DNA of 64,000 bases. Origin: a virus. Below, piece after piece: positions 48,934-58,489 of the stretch (positions are counted from its first letter, which is position 1; each line of letters starts with the position of its first letter). The position numbers and the translations under genes are program-made. The stretch lies in the IMG/VR virus record IMGVR_UViG_3300032251_000001, positions 71,789 through 135,788 of that record, one strand, 5' to 3'. The notes beneath the pieces were generated by a model, which was given only the letters and a program-made list of their open reading frames with translations, made no database searches and was not told where the DNA came from.

Positions 48934-50340
48934 TTACACCTCTTCTTCAGATTCTTTATTAATAGATAATGCTATTAATTCAAGGATACCGAATATAGAA
49001 TCAATCTTATTTTCTAATACATCAATTCGGTTTACATGTTCTCCAATACTTTCTAAAGAAGTACCTAATGCTTCCATAACTGGTGTGATAGTTTCTAGAG
49101 TATATTTAGCAATTTCTTTAAAATCAATTTCAACTTTAGCATTGTCTTTATCTCCACAACTACAACCATCAACTCCACAAGTTCCAGATTTAGAATTATT
49201 AATAAGACCAGCTTCAGCCATTCTATCTCTTAAACTATAACGAATTTCTCTTTCAACTCTAGACAACTTACAGTATGCAGGGAAACCTACAAACATATTG
49301 TCATTAGCAGCATAATTTGTAGCGATACATGTATAACATTCAGTGTTATTACATTCTGCACAGTTCATATCGCCAAACATATTAGTTTTATCATATTGAA
49401 GGAATAAGTCACGTTTACCATCAACTTCTCCACCTTCTAAAACATTACCATAATCAAATTCATCAGAATCTATAAAGAAAAATTGATGACAAGGATAGAG
49501 TCTACCATCTGATGCAATAGAACAATAGTTCTTTCCAGCACCACAAGGAGCATCAGGTTTTGTTCCCTTACAATTAGCTAAAGAAGCATATCCTGTATAG
49601 TATCTTGATGTATCATTTTCAACACAATCATCATAAACTTTATCAGCAATAAGAGTAAGTTGTTCTCTGAATATTTCCTCATCACTATCTTCCCATTCAT
49701 CTTCATGTAATGGCATAAACCATATAGAATCTATACCTAGATTTCTCATATGCATGTAACTTTCAAATAATCTTGGAAGTGCTGGTTTATTTACAACACC
49801 ATGAATACTTAATGAGAATGGTGTTAAAGGAATTTCTTGCTCTTTAAATAAGTCTAAATACTTAACTAATGTAGCTTCAATTAAAGCTGATGAACCCTTA
49901 CCATCTGCAGTAATTCTAAATTGGTCATTAACTTCTGGAACTCCATCATATGAAATTTGAATTTGGATATCCTTAAGAGTATTCCACCATTTAATTAAAA
50001 ATAGTCTGTAATCTTCAGTGAATACTGTACCATTGGTAATAATCATACATCCAAATCTTAAATTTTCTTCCTCACATCTTTTAACAGCATAGTCAAAAGT
50101 ATGTTCCATTGTTGGAACGTTTAGTGCTGGCTCTCCACCAAAGAAAGTAATGTTAATACTGTCTTGTTTAGCAATCTTAGCATTTTCAATAAGATACTCA
50201 ACACCAGCTTCAGCTACTTCAAAGCTCATATGTTTGTTAGGATGTTTACCACCTTCGAAACAATATGTACATCTTAAATTACACGCTTCAGTTAGGATAA
50301 ATGAAGCGTTATTTGGGTGGTCTTGCAATTTCTTAGTCAT
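48934..50340 (-). CDS. radical SAM/SPASM peptide maturase with an extra C-terminal Cys motif and coiled coil
   Basis: CNLRCTYC, FFGGEP; CGAG...DGRLYPCHQF...CAEC...CYTC...C; TCGVDGCSC. Confidence 0.92.
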   Translation of the reverse strand: MTKKLQDHPNNASFILTEACNLRCTYCFEGGKHPNKHMSFEVAEAGVEYLIENAKIAKQDSINITFFGGEPALNVPTMEHTFDYAVKRCEEENLRFGCMIITNGTVFTEDYRLFLIKWWNTLKDIQIQISYDGVPEVNDQFRITADGKGSSALIEATLVKYLDLFKEQEIPLTPFSLSIHGVVNKPALPRLFESYMHMRNLGIDSIWFMPLHEDEWEDSDEEIFREQLTLIADKVYDDCVENDTSRYYTGYASLANCKGTKPDAPCGAGKNYCSIASDGRLYPCHQFFFIDSDEFDYGNVLEGGEVDGKRDLFLQYDKTNMFGDMNCAECNNTECYTCIATNYAANDNMFVGFPAYCKLSRVEREIRYSLRDRMAEAGLINNSKSGTCGVDGCSCGDKDNAKVEIDFKEIAKYTLETITPVMEALGTSLESIGEHVNRIDVLENKIDSIFGILELIALSINKESEEEV

Positions 50341-50395
50341 TAATATAGTCCTCCTATTTTACATATAATGTAAATTTATACATTATTTAGTTTCA

Positions 50396-50704
50396 TTACT
50401 TAGCTTCTACATCTTCAATTACTGGGTTAGTTAATACTTGAATTAGTTCAAGAATTCCACTAGCATAGTTAATACCTTTAGTTTTTAAAACTAAATCAAA
50501 ACATGAACTGAGAAGTTTAGACTGTTCATCATTTAATTCATAAATACTAAACTTACCATCTTCTAGAATCACATCAGGTTTACTAAAGTGAACTAAAAGA
50601 TTAAAGATTTGATGAATGTTATTTAGACCAGTTTCTCTTACAACTACGTCTAAACATCTCTTGATATTTTCTACTTGTGGCTTAGAAAGTTTAAATTTTG
50701 ACAT
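50396..50704 (-). CDS. hypothetical helical protein with an internal duplication
   Basis: Lx(K/D)xQxxxxxxCxDxVxxxxG occurs twice. Confidence 0.7.
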   Translation of the reverse strand: MSKFKLSKPQVENIKRCLDVVVRETGLNNIHQIFNLLVHFSKPDVILEDGKFSIYELNDEQSKLLSSCFDLVLKTKGINYASGILELIQVLTNPVIEDVEAK

Positions 50705-50823
50705 TGTATTTCTCCTTTATAATATAAGTTATACCTTAATTTTATAATGATTAGTTCCTGTTTATTTTAAGAGATAAAAAATATACGTTTAGACAAAGTC
50801 ATCTAAACGTACACTTAATTATA

Positions 50824-52683
50824 TTATAAATTTTTAATAAACATTTTAATTCTTTTAATTCCAGCACATCCATCATAATTTTCAACAGACATTCCAACAA
50901 TTGAACCTTTTGGGGTATCTTCAAACTCACCAAGAGCTCTTCCAACACCAGGAATATCTGAACTTACAATATATTGACCTCTCTTAACAGCACCAACTAC
51001 TTTAACTTTAACTCTTCCAGCCATGCCAATAGGAATAAAGTTATCCTTATCTTTATCATCACCATTTCCACCAATACATTGTGCAAATGTATCTGAATGA
51101 ACACCAACTACTTCTTCAGATTTTTCAGTAGTTACTTTTATATACTTTTCCTTATCAGAATTGACATCAATTATAACAATGTCACCAGGTTCAGTTTCAT
51201 TACCTTTTTCAAAGTACTCAGCATAATCATTCCATACTGCATTAAATACTTGAGATGCATAAAGAACACTATGGATATTTAATCTACTTGCAGTGTTTGT
51301 AGGTGCAACAAGTCCAGTATCACATGATATTCCTTGAATTTTTTCAGTATCAACAGCCTTAGAAGTGGCATCTAATTTACCAGAAAGTGACGTTTGAGTT
51401 GCAGGATTTAATGTAGTTGTAAGTGTTACATCTTGAGAACCATCAAAAGCAATTGTCCCTGTAACAGCTCCAATAACATTTATATCTCTAACAGTTTCTA
51501 ACTTTACTGCTTTAGCTGCTGAAGCTGTTAAAGGTAAATACTCATGAGTGTGACCATCTAATGCAAAGTCTGAAGCGTGTAAGCCATCAAGTTTATCTGC
51601 ATCGAATAATGATAAATGACCTCCATTACCTTCATGGAATAATTTAAATCCATTAACTCCATTATGGAAAACAGGTGCATTTAAATTTCTTGAGATTTCC
51701 ATTCCATACCAAGTACCTGTACTATCTAGAGGTTGCCCATCAGCAACATAAGCTTCAGACATTTTTAGTAAAATATTACCATTCTCTGAATCTAAAACTA
51801 ATGCTGCAGGGTAGTTAGATGTACCATTTGAAGTTACTCCATCCACAGTTCCAGCACCAAGTAACAATGCATCTGTAAGTAGACCTTCTCCATACGTATC
51901 TATTTGAGTTTTAGTTACTACAAAGTTAGTGTTATCACCTTCACCAAAGGTTATACCTTTATCACCTGTAAACTTAATATCAGTAGTTAATTCACCACCA
52001 ACACTAACTTTTTTAGATAATTCAGTCATTATAGTTGCAGCAAAGTCTGGGTCATTGTTTAGTGCATTACCAATTTCAACTAGAGTGTTTAATGCATCTG
52101 GAGCTGCACCAATTAATTCTTGCATTCTTGCATCTGATTCAACTTTAGTATAAACTAATGAAGAATCTACTTTATTATTCCAATTAGATTTTTCACCATC
52201 AGTTACAAATCTACTTGTAGAATTTTGAACTATAATACTAGCTGGATGAGTGCTAGGATGATTATAGTTATTAGCAAGACTTTCAATATTATCTAATTTA
52301 TTAAGTAATTCGTCAGTTATAAATCTATTTGTAGAATTTTGAACTATAATACTAGCTGGATGAGTACTAGGATGCATATAATTAGTAGCACCTTCAGATA
52401 TGCCATCCAATTTAATCTTATCATCAGCAGTAAGCAGTCCATCACCTAAATCAGATACTAATCCTATAAGATTTATTAAATCTTCTTTAGTAACCACTCC
52501 ATCAATCTTACCGTTTATTGTTAAATTACTTATTCCAAGCGAATCTAACTGACCTGAAGTTAACAATCCAATCTTATCTAGAATTACTTGAGAAGTAACT
52601 CCTTCTAAATTTTTAAGCTCAACATCTGTAGTTAAAACGGTATTTATGCTAAGGTGATTTAGTTGTTCAATACCTATAGCCAT
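50824..52683 (-). CDS. tail fibre/spike protein with C-terminal IMC autoproteolytic (Peptidase_G2/S74-like) chaperone domain
   Basis: HPSTHPASII repeats, GAAPDALNTL.EI..LNNDPDFAAT, DADKLDGLHAS, NDYAEYF...GRVKVKV. Confidence 0.8.
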   Translation of the reverse strand: MAIGIEQLNHLSINTVLTTDVELKNLEGVTSQVILDKIGLLTSGQLDSLGISNLTINGKIDGVVTKEDLINLIGLVSDLGDGLLTADDKIKLDGISEGATNYMHPSTHPASIIVQNSTNRFITDELLNKLDNIESLANNYNHPSTHPASIIVQNSTSRFVTDGEKSNWNNKVDSSLVYTKVESDARMQELIGAAPDALNTLVEIGNALNNDPDFAATIMTELSKKVSVGGELTTDIKFTGDKGITFGEGDNTNFVVTKTQIDTYGEGLLTDALLLGAGTVDGVTSNGTSNYPAALVLDSENGNILLKMSEAYVADGQPLDSTGTWYGMEISRNLNAPVFHNGVNGFKLFHEGNGGHLSLFDADKLDGLHASDFALDGHTHEYLPLTASAAKAVKLETVRDINVIGAVTGTIAFDGSQDVTLTTTLNPATQTSLSGKLDATSKAVDTEKIQGISCDTGLVAPTNTASRLNIHSVLYASQVFNAVWNDYAEYFEKGNETEPGDIVIIDVNSDKEKYIKVTTEKSEEVVGVHSDTFAQCIGGNGDDKDKDNFIPIGMAGRVKVKVVGAVKRGQYIVSSDIPGVGRALGEFEDTPKGSIVGMSVENYDGCAGIKRIKMFIKNL

Positions 52684-52770
52684 TACTTATTCCTCCTTTT
52701 CTAAATCAATTTTATAAATTTGTTCAAAAATAATGGAAAAGAGTCATTAGACTCTTTCCCATATATTAAT

Positions 52771-53007
52771 TTAATAGTTTCTCACTTGAATGATTCTAAC
52801 AATAGTATCATCATTAGTGTTAACAACTGCATTTCTACGAACATCAAATTTTTCATTAGATTTCATAGGATTGCATCTTAAAACATAGTGTTGGTGACCA
52901 CTAGGAAGTTCAGTAGTGTAACCTAAAGCTTTTTTAGCTTCAACATTTACATTTCTTACGTTCTCAATAGCCTTTCCATTCCACATTCTCTTATAATTTA
53001 CTGCCAT
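52771..53007 (-). CDS. small hypothetical protein between the fibre genes
   Basis: Start moved to ATG 53007 (SD aggag). Confidence 0.7.
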   Translation of the reverse strand: MAVNYKRMWNGKAIENVRNVNVEAKKALGYTTELPSGHQHYVLRCNPMKSNEKFDVRRNAVVNTNDDTIVRIIQVRNY

Positions 53008-53031
53008 AAGATAAATCTCCTTTCGCAAATA

Positions 53032-54447
53032 TTAAGCATTCATGATAAGCATTTTAATACGCTTAACGCCTTCAGAACCATCATAATTTTCCATAGCTTT
53101 ACCAATTACAGTACCAGCAACATATTCCTTAGAATCAATAGCTTTACCAACACCAGCAATATCTGAACTTACAATAAGTTGATTACGTTTAACAGCACCA
53201 ACTACTTTAACTTTAACTCTTCCAGCCATGCCAATAGGAGCATATTTCTTTTCTTGTTCTTCTGGATTTCCAGCATTCTCAAGGTCTCCACCAATACATT
53301 GGGCATAATCATCAGAATAAACACCAACTACAGCGTTTGATAAAGCTTCAGTAGATTTAGTATAAACTTCTTTATCTGAATCTACACGAACAACTATATC
53401 GCCAGCTTCCAATTCACCTTCTTTTAAGAAGTACTCAGCATAATCATTATAAACTGCATTAAATACTTGAGATGCAGTAATAGTTCCACCAAATACACCA
53501 TTACCTGTAATTGCAGCATTGCCTGATGCATTAAGAGTAACATGACCATGACTAACTTTAGCAAATTCTGAAGCATGTAAGCCATCAACAGTATCTGCAT
53601 CAGTTGCTTGGGCATTTAAACCTAAATACAATGTAGCATGAGTATGAGTATCTCTAGCAAAATCTGAAGCTTGTAAGCCATCAACAGTATCTGCATCTAA
53701 TCCAGAATCAGCTCCATCAACAGTCTTTACTTTAGCTAAAATATTAGCAGATGTAAAATCTGTAACATTAACTTTCTTAGCAAGTTCTGTAGTCATAGTT
53801 GCAGCAAAGTCTGGGTCATTATTTAATGATGCTCCAATTTCAATAAGAGTATTTAAAGCGTCAGGTGCTGCACCAACTAATTCTTGGAATCTAAGGTCAG
53901 TTTCTTCCTTAGTATAAGCATTGACTGCATCCATTTTGTCATTCCATGTAGCTTTTTCAATATCTGAAACGAATCTACGATTACTATCTTCATCTATCAT
54001 GTTTGCAGAATGAGTTGAAGGATGTAAATATTTGTTTGCTTCTGGAGAAATTCCTGCTAATTTTAATTCTTCAGCTAAACTTGTAAACTTCTTTTCATCA
54101 GTTTCAGTAATAATGCTTGCAGGGTGAACAATAGGATGAACGTAATTATTTGCATTTAAAGCTATAGCATCTAATTTAATTTTATCCTGTGCATCCATTA
54201 AGCCATTTGTAGTGTTTGAAGCATTTACTAATACAGATTGTAAATCTACGTTAGTTACTTCTCCATCAAATTTACCATTAATAGATAAATTTTCTAATCC
54301 TAAAGCAATCTTTTCAGCATTATCTAAGGTTGCTAATTTTGCAAGAATAGTAGCTTTTTCGACACCTATAAGACCTTTAAGTTGCTCGTCAGTTGCTAAC
54401 AAGCCATCTAGTGCTAATTGATTAAGTTGCTCTATACCAATTGCCAT
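53032..54447 (-). CDS. tail fibre protein paralog with IMC chaperone domain
   Basis: MAIGIEQLN start at 54447; same motifs as 50824..52683 but lacks the central beta region. Confidence 0.8.
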   Translation of the reverse strand: MAIGIEQLNQLALDGLLATDEQLKGLIGVEKATILAKLATLDNAEKIALGLENLSINGKFDGEVTNVDLQSVLVNASNTTNGLMDAQDKIKLDAIALNANNYVHPIVHPASIITETDEKKFTSLAEELKLAGISPEANKYLHPSTHSANMIDEDSNRRFVSDIEKATWNDKMDAVNAYTKEETDLRFQELVGAAPDALNTLIEIGASLNNDPDFAATMTTELAKKVNVTDFTSANILAKVKTVDGADSGLDADTVDGLQASDFARDTHTHATLYLGLNAQATDADTVDGLHASEFAKVSHGHVTLNASGNAAITGNGVFGGTITASQVFNAVYNDYAEYFLKEGELEAGDIVVRVDSDKEVYTKSTEALSNAVVGVYSDDYAQCIGGDLENAGNPEEQEKKYAPIGMAGRVKVKVVGAVKRNQLIVSSDIAGVGKAIDSKEYVAGTVIGKAMENYDGSEGVKRIKMLIMNA

Positions 54448-54518
54448 TCTTTTCACCTTCCTTTTCAATTTAAAAGAAAAGACCTCAAATAGTATGAAGT
54501 CCTTTCTTAATTTTTTGT

Positions 54519-55745
54519 TTAAGAGATACGGTTAAATATAACTACAACTTTATGAGTTGTCTTTAATCCAAATATACCATCCCATATTACTTCTTTAATA
54601 CCATTAACATATCCTGTATCCCAATGAGTAACACCATCAACAGAAATACCTAAAAGTTTAACCATTTTATCTGCTGGACATGCTAAACCTAAGTTAATTA
54701 ATCCATCAGATGCTATAGCTATAGTAGCAGTATCCGTATAAGTTGTTGGAAGAGTATCAATTACATTTGTAACATCTGTAATAGCAGATTCTCTTAAAGT
54801 TGCTTCATTTGAAATAGCTGTTTGAAGATTAAGAATAGCATCAGCTCTTGTGCTTGCTTCAGCATTAATAGCAGCTATTCTAGCAGTTTCTTCTGAAGAT
54901 ACAGCTGTTTGAAGTAATGCATCAGCAGCTATTCTAGCAGTTTCTTCTACTGTAATAGAATTATTTACAAACGTTTGTGATGCAATTGTTTCAAGATTTC
55001 CAGCCATACCAACTTGGAACATATCTTCAACTTCATCAAAAACTATAAGGTAATCTGGAGCATCTCCACGGTCTATTTTAAGACCAGCCTGTCCTGCAGT
55101 AACACCAGAACCTACTTGACCTTTGTTAAGTTCAATAATATTGTCAGCAGTAGTTACTGTAGTTGAATTAACTTCAGTAGTACTACCTAATACATTTAAA
55201 TTACCTCGGACTGTAAAGTCACCAGTAGCTAAAGAACCACTTACATCCATATCACCCATAATGTTAACTTCTGGAGCAGTAAACTTAATCTCAGCGTTAG
55301 CATCAATTAAGAATCTAGCACCAACACCTGATGCTTGTACTTCAATATCAGCGTTAATACCAGTAGTGTTTAATAATACACCACTTTCAGAATTAAGTGT
55401 AGTTCTACCTACACCTGTAGTTTTAATATTGATACTTTGGTCCAAATCAGATTCAATCATAATTGTATCAGCATCTGTACCTATAATTGGAGTATCTCCA
55501 ATGTAAAGTGTATTTGTAGATAAATAAGCTTCATCTACAAAGATAGCTTTAAATCTATTACTAGCACTACCAATGTTTTGAACTCCATTGGTATTAGGTA
55601 GAATATCTCCACTTAAGCTAATATCTTTTGCATTGTAATCCTTATCTAACCGACCTTCATCAGCTAAAAATTCTTCTCTTGAAGGTAGATTATCTAAGAA
55701 ACTGTTTTCGTCAATTTGTTTATATTTAAGAACACCTTTTGACAT
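54519..55745 (-). CDS. tail fibre/spike-like structural protein
   Basis: IGSASNRFK, FTVRGNLNV.G, DNIIELN...GL.IDRG, EETARIAA coiled-coil repeats. Confidence 0.7.
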   Translation of the reverse strand: MSKGVLKYKQIDENSFLDNLPSREEFLADEGRLDKDYNAKDISLSGDILPNTNGVQNIGSASNRFKAIFVDEAYLSTNTLYIGDTPIIGTDADTIMIESDLDQSINIKTTGVGRTTLNSESGVLLNTTGINADIEVQASGVGARFLIDANAEIKFTAPEVNIMGDMDVSGSLATGDFTVRGNLNVLGSTTEVNSTTVTTADNIIELNKGQVGSGVTAGQAGLKIDRGDAPDYLIVFDEVEDMFQVGMAGNLETIASQTFVNNSITVEETARIAADALLQTAVSSEETARIAAINAEASTRADAILNLQTAISNEATLRESAITDVTNVIDTLPTTYTDTATIAIASDGLINLGLACPADKMVKLLGISVDGVTHWDTGYVNGIKEVIWDGIFGLKTTHKVVVIFNRIS

Positions 55746-55764
55746 TTAATTTACCACCTTTCTG

Positions 55765-56337
55765 TTATTTTCGTCTATTAAACATTAAGCAAATATTATC
55801 ACTTGCTTCTAATTTTAATCCAGTAACAGTTAACATCTTGTTAGTAGGATTGTAGCTTACAGAGTCTGGATGACAATAAAAACCGATATTTAAACTAATA
55901 CCAATGAATTTATAAACATTCATTCCAGTTAAATCATAATATTCTTTATAATTATCTGGGTCATTCTCAAAGTCGCCCTCAGTTGTAACACTGTCTCCAT
56001 CCATTAAAACTGGGATTGATACAGTTGTTAAACTGTTACCGATACTACTTAGTTTATTAAATAGAACACTAACAACATCTGTAGACTCTATAATAAAGCC
56101 TGTTATCTTTAACTTGCCAGTATTTTTGTCATAATTTACGATAGTGTCTTGTAAATAAGTCATACCATTTACATTAAGACCAAGGAAATTATAAATACCG
56201 ATACCTAATAAGCTATACTCTTCAGTATACTCATCAGGATTTACTGCATAATCGCCATTAATGACTTTATTATGCAACACTTCTGAACGTAACGTTGTTA
56301 CCTCCAGAATAAGTCCAGTAGTATTAACTAAACTCAT
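55765..56337 (-). CDS. structural protein with two copies of a small beta module
   Basis: EY.L.G...Y.F.G...N...Y...L...G...E..D...FN occurs twice. Confidence 0.6.
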   Translation of the reverse strand: MSLVNTTGLILEVTTLRSEVLHNKVINGDYAVNPDEYTEEYSLLGIGIYNFLGLNVNGMTYLQDTIVNYDKNTGKLKITGFIIESTDVVSVLFNKLSSIGNSLTTVSIPVLMDGDSVTTEGDFENDPDNYKEYYDLTGMNVYKFIGISLNIGFYCHPDSVSYNPTNKMLTVTGLKLEASDNICLMFNRRK

Positions 56338-56351
56338 AATTTCACCATCCT

Positions 56352-56945
56352 TTATATTGTGTTTATGACTACTGCCATATGGTCATTTTCATCAATTACA
56401 ATTCCTGAAATAGTTAATTCCTTACTTGATGAGTTATAAGAAATTAAGTTAGGGTGTGAATAAAATGCACTATTTATATTAACTCCTAATAGTCCATCCA
56501 CTTCAATATTAGATAAGTCATAAATTTCAAAATATGAATCCATATCTGTAGGACTTCCTATAACATTTATTAAACGTTCACTAGGAATTATTTCTTTAAC
56601 TACAGTATTTTGAGGCACATCTGAACTTTCAGTATAATAGTAAGCACGCATGGTAACAACCATACCATCTTCCATATCAAAACCACCTTCTGAAGCAACT
56701 TTATTCCACTCAAATGTAAAGTGACTTCTTGAGAACTCACCATCCACTTCGTCAGTAGTTTCTTCATAAGGTATTCCATTTACTTCAAACTCAGTTTTAA
56801 CAATTCGAGTACCACCTTCTAATATTGTAAGGAGAAAATTAGTTTGTCCACTAAATGCTTCCACCCTTTGTTCAGCTAATTGCACTAAACCAGAAATCTT
56901 TGATATGTTAATGTCTCCAATCTGGGAATAATGAATTAATCTCAC
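56352..56945 (-). CDS. structural protein combining two reused beta modules
   Basis: GTG start; N-terminal module like the 57041 C-terminus, C-terminal module like 55765. Confidence 0.6.
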   Translation of the reverse strand: MRLIHYSQIGDINISKISGLVQLAEQRVEAFSGQTNFLLTILEGGTRIVKTEFEVNGIPYEETTDEVDGEFSRSHFTFEWNKVASEGGFDMEDGMVVTMRAYYYTESSDVPQNTVVKEIIPSERLINVIGSPTDMDSYFEIYDLSNIEVDGLLGVNINSAFYSHPNLISYNSSSKELTISGIVIDENDHMAVVINTI

Positions 56946-57040
56946 AAGGAAACCTCCTTTCTTGCATTAATAGCTTATAAATAAAGGGAATAAAGGAAAA
57001 GACCTTTATTCCCTCAGTTTAATTTAAAGAATCAAAGCTC

Positions 57041-58438
57041 TTATAGGTAAGAAGGTGCAGCAACAGACTCAGTATGTTTGTACTCAGCAGTAACAGCCAT
57101 TCCAGCTACCATATCGAAGCCATTTGATGCAGCAGTGAATGTCCATGTAGCAGTCTTAGCTCCACGGTCTACTGTAAAGTTAGTGCCTTCTTTATAAGAA
57201 ACACCATTAACAATAAGTTTAACTGCTGACATATTAGGAACATTTGTTAATGCAAATACAGTTTGTCCTACAGTTGCAGTAAAGTCATCAGTATCATCTT
57301 TAACAGAATTGATAGTTGCAATGTCAAAGATTCTGTCTTGGTCTTTATTGTATAACTCAGTATACTTGTTACCAAGGTCAGTGTTAGTAGCATCTACTTG
57401 TGCTTGTAAAGCATCAGAAGCATCTTTAACAGATTTAGCTACAGAACCAACTACAGTGTCATCACCTTCAAGAACGTCTAAACGACCATCAAGTGGAGTA
57501 ACAGCAGAGTTAATTTGGTCTTCAATTGAACCAGTACCTGAACCAGCAATAGTATCAATTTGAGCTTGTAAGTCATCTTTAGCTGTTTTAACTTTAAAGT
57601 CAACAGAACCAGCAGTTGTTTCATCAGCTTCTAACGTAGCAACTTTAGTTTCTAATACAGTAGTTCTAGCACCTAAAGCATCAGTAATTGCAGTGATTTG
57701 AGCCTGAACAGTTTCAGTACCAATTAAAGCAGCAACTTGGTCAATAAGTTCTTGGTTTTCAGATAAATCAACAACAATAGAATCAATTGCATTTGTATAA
57801 GCAACTAAGTTCATTTCTTCATTATCTAATAAGTAATTAACAGGTAATTGCTCAAATGTGAATTCTCCAACAGGGAATACTTTAATATTTGTTAAGTTAC
57901 CTACAACTGGAACATAACTAACACCATCAGATAAATCTGAATCATTAGGGTCAGCAATTGATGGAGTACCTGATAATAATCCATTAGCAAAGCTGTAAGT
58001 TAAGTTGTTACCAGTAGCGTCTAATACAGGTGTATTATCGTCATAGTAAACATTGTACTCAGTAGCATTATCAATATTTGGAACTGTAGAAGCAATATCT
58101 TGGTCAAATACAATAGCACTTACTGATTCAGAAATAGTACCTGTTACCTTTACTCTATCTTTTACAGCAGTAGCATTGATTGTGTCAATCTTTGCTTGTA
58201 AGTCATCTTTAGCAGCAGTAATTCTGTCATCAACAGAACCTTCTCCAACACCTACTAATTGTTCGTCTACAACAGTCTTTAATGAAGTTAAAAGTTCATT
58301 AACGTTATAGTTACCACCACCATCTTTGGCGATGTCTGTAAGCACTTTGTAAGCGTCATAAGATGCTTGTAAAACATCTACGTCACTTCTTAAATCTAAA
58401 GCACCTTGAATTTGCGATAGTGAAATTAATTTACTCAT
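57041..58438 (-). CDS. fibre/whisker-like structural protein with coiled coil
   Basis: AKDDLQA(K/Q)IDTI repeats, GSVAK, C-terminal FTATVGQT beta module. Confidence 0.65.
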   Translation of the reverse strand: MSKLISLSQIQGALDLRSDVDVLQASYDAYKVLTDIAKDGGGNYNVNELLTSLKTVVDEQLVGVGEGSVDDRITAAKDDLQAKIDTINATAVKDRVKVTGTISESVSAIVFDQDIASTVPNIDNATEYNVYYDDNTPVLDATGNNLTYSFANGLLSGTPSIADPNDSDLSDGVSYVPVVGNLTNIKVFPVGEFTFEQLPVNYLLDNEEMNLVAYTNAIDSIVVDLSENQELIDQVAALIGTETVQAQITAITDALGARTTVLETKVATLEADETTAGSVDFKVKTAKDDLQAQIDTIAGSGTGSIEDQINSAVTPLDGRLDVLEGDDTVVGSVAKSVKDASDALQAQVDATNTDLGNKYTELYNKDQDRIFDIATINSVKDDTDDFTATVGQTVFALTNVPNMSAVKLIVNGVSYKEGTNFTVDRGAKTATWTFTAASNGFDMVAGMAVTAEYKHTESVAAPSYL

Positions 58439-58489
58439 GTAAATTTTCCTCCTTTGAATTTTAGGGTTTTATTTTTATCATATAAAGTT

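Noticed and set aside
50984-53238. Possible diversity-generating retroelement TR/VR pair in the fibre genes
   Set aside because: Both copies are in intact coding genes, flanking differences are not adenine-specific, and no reverse transcriptase is seen in the window.
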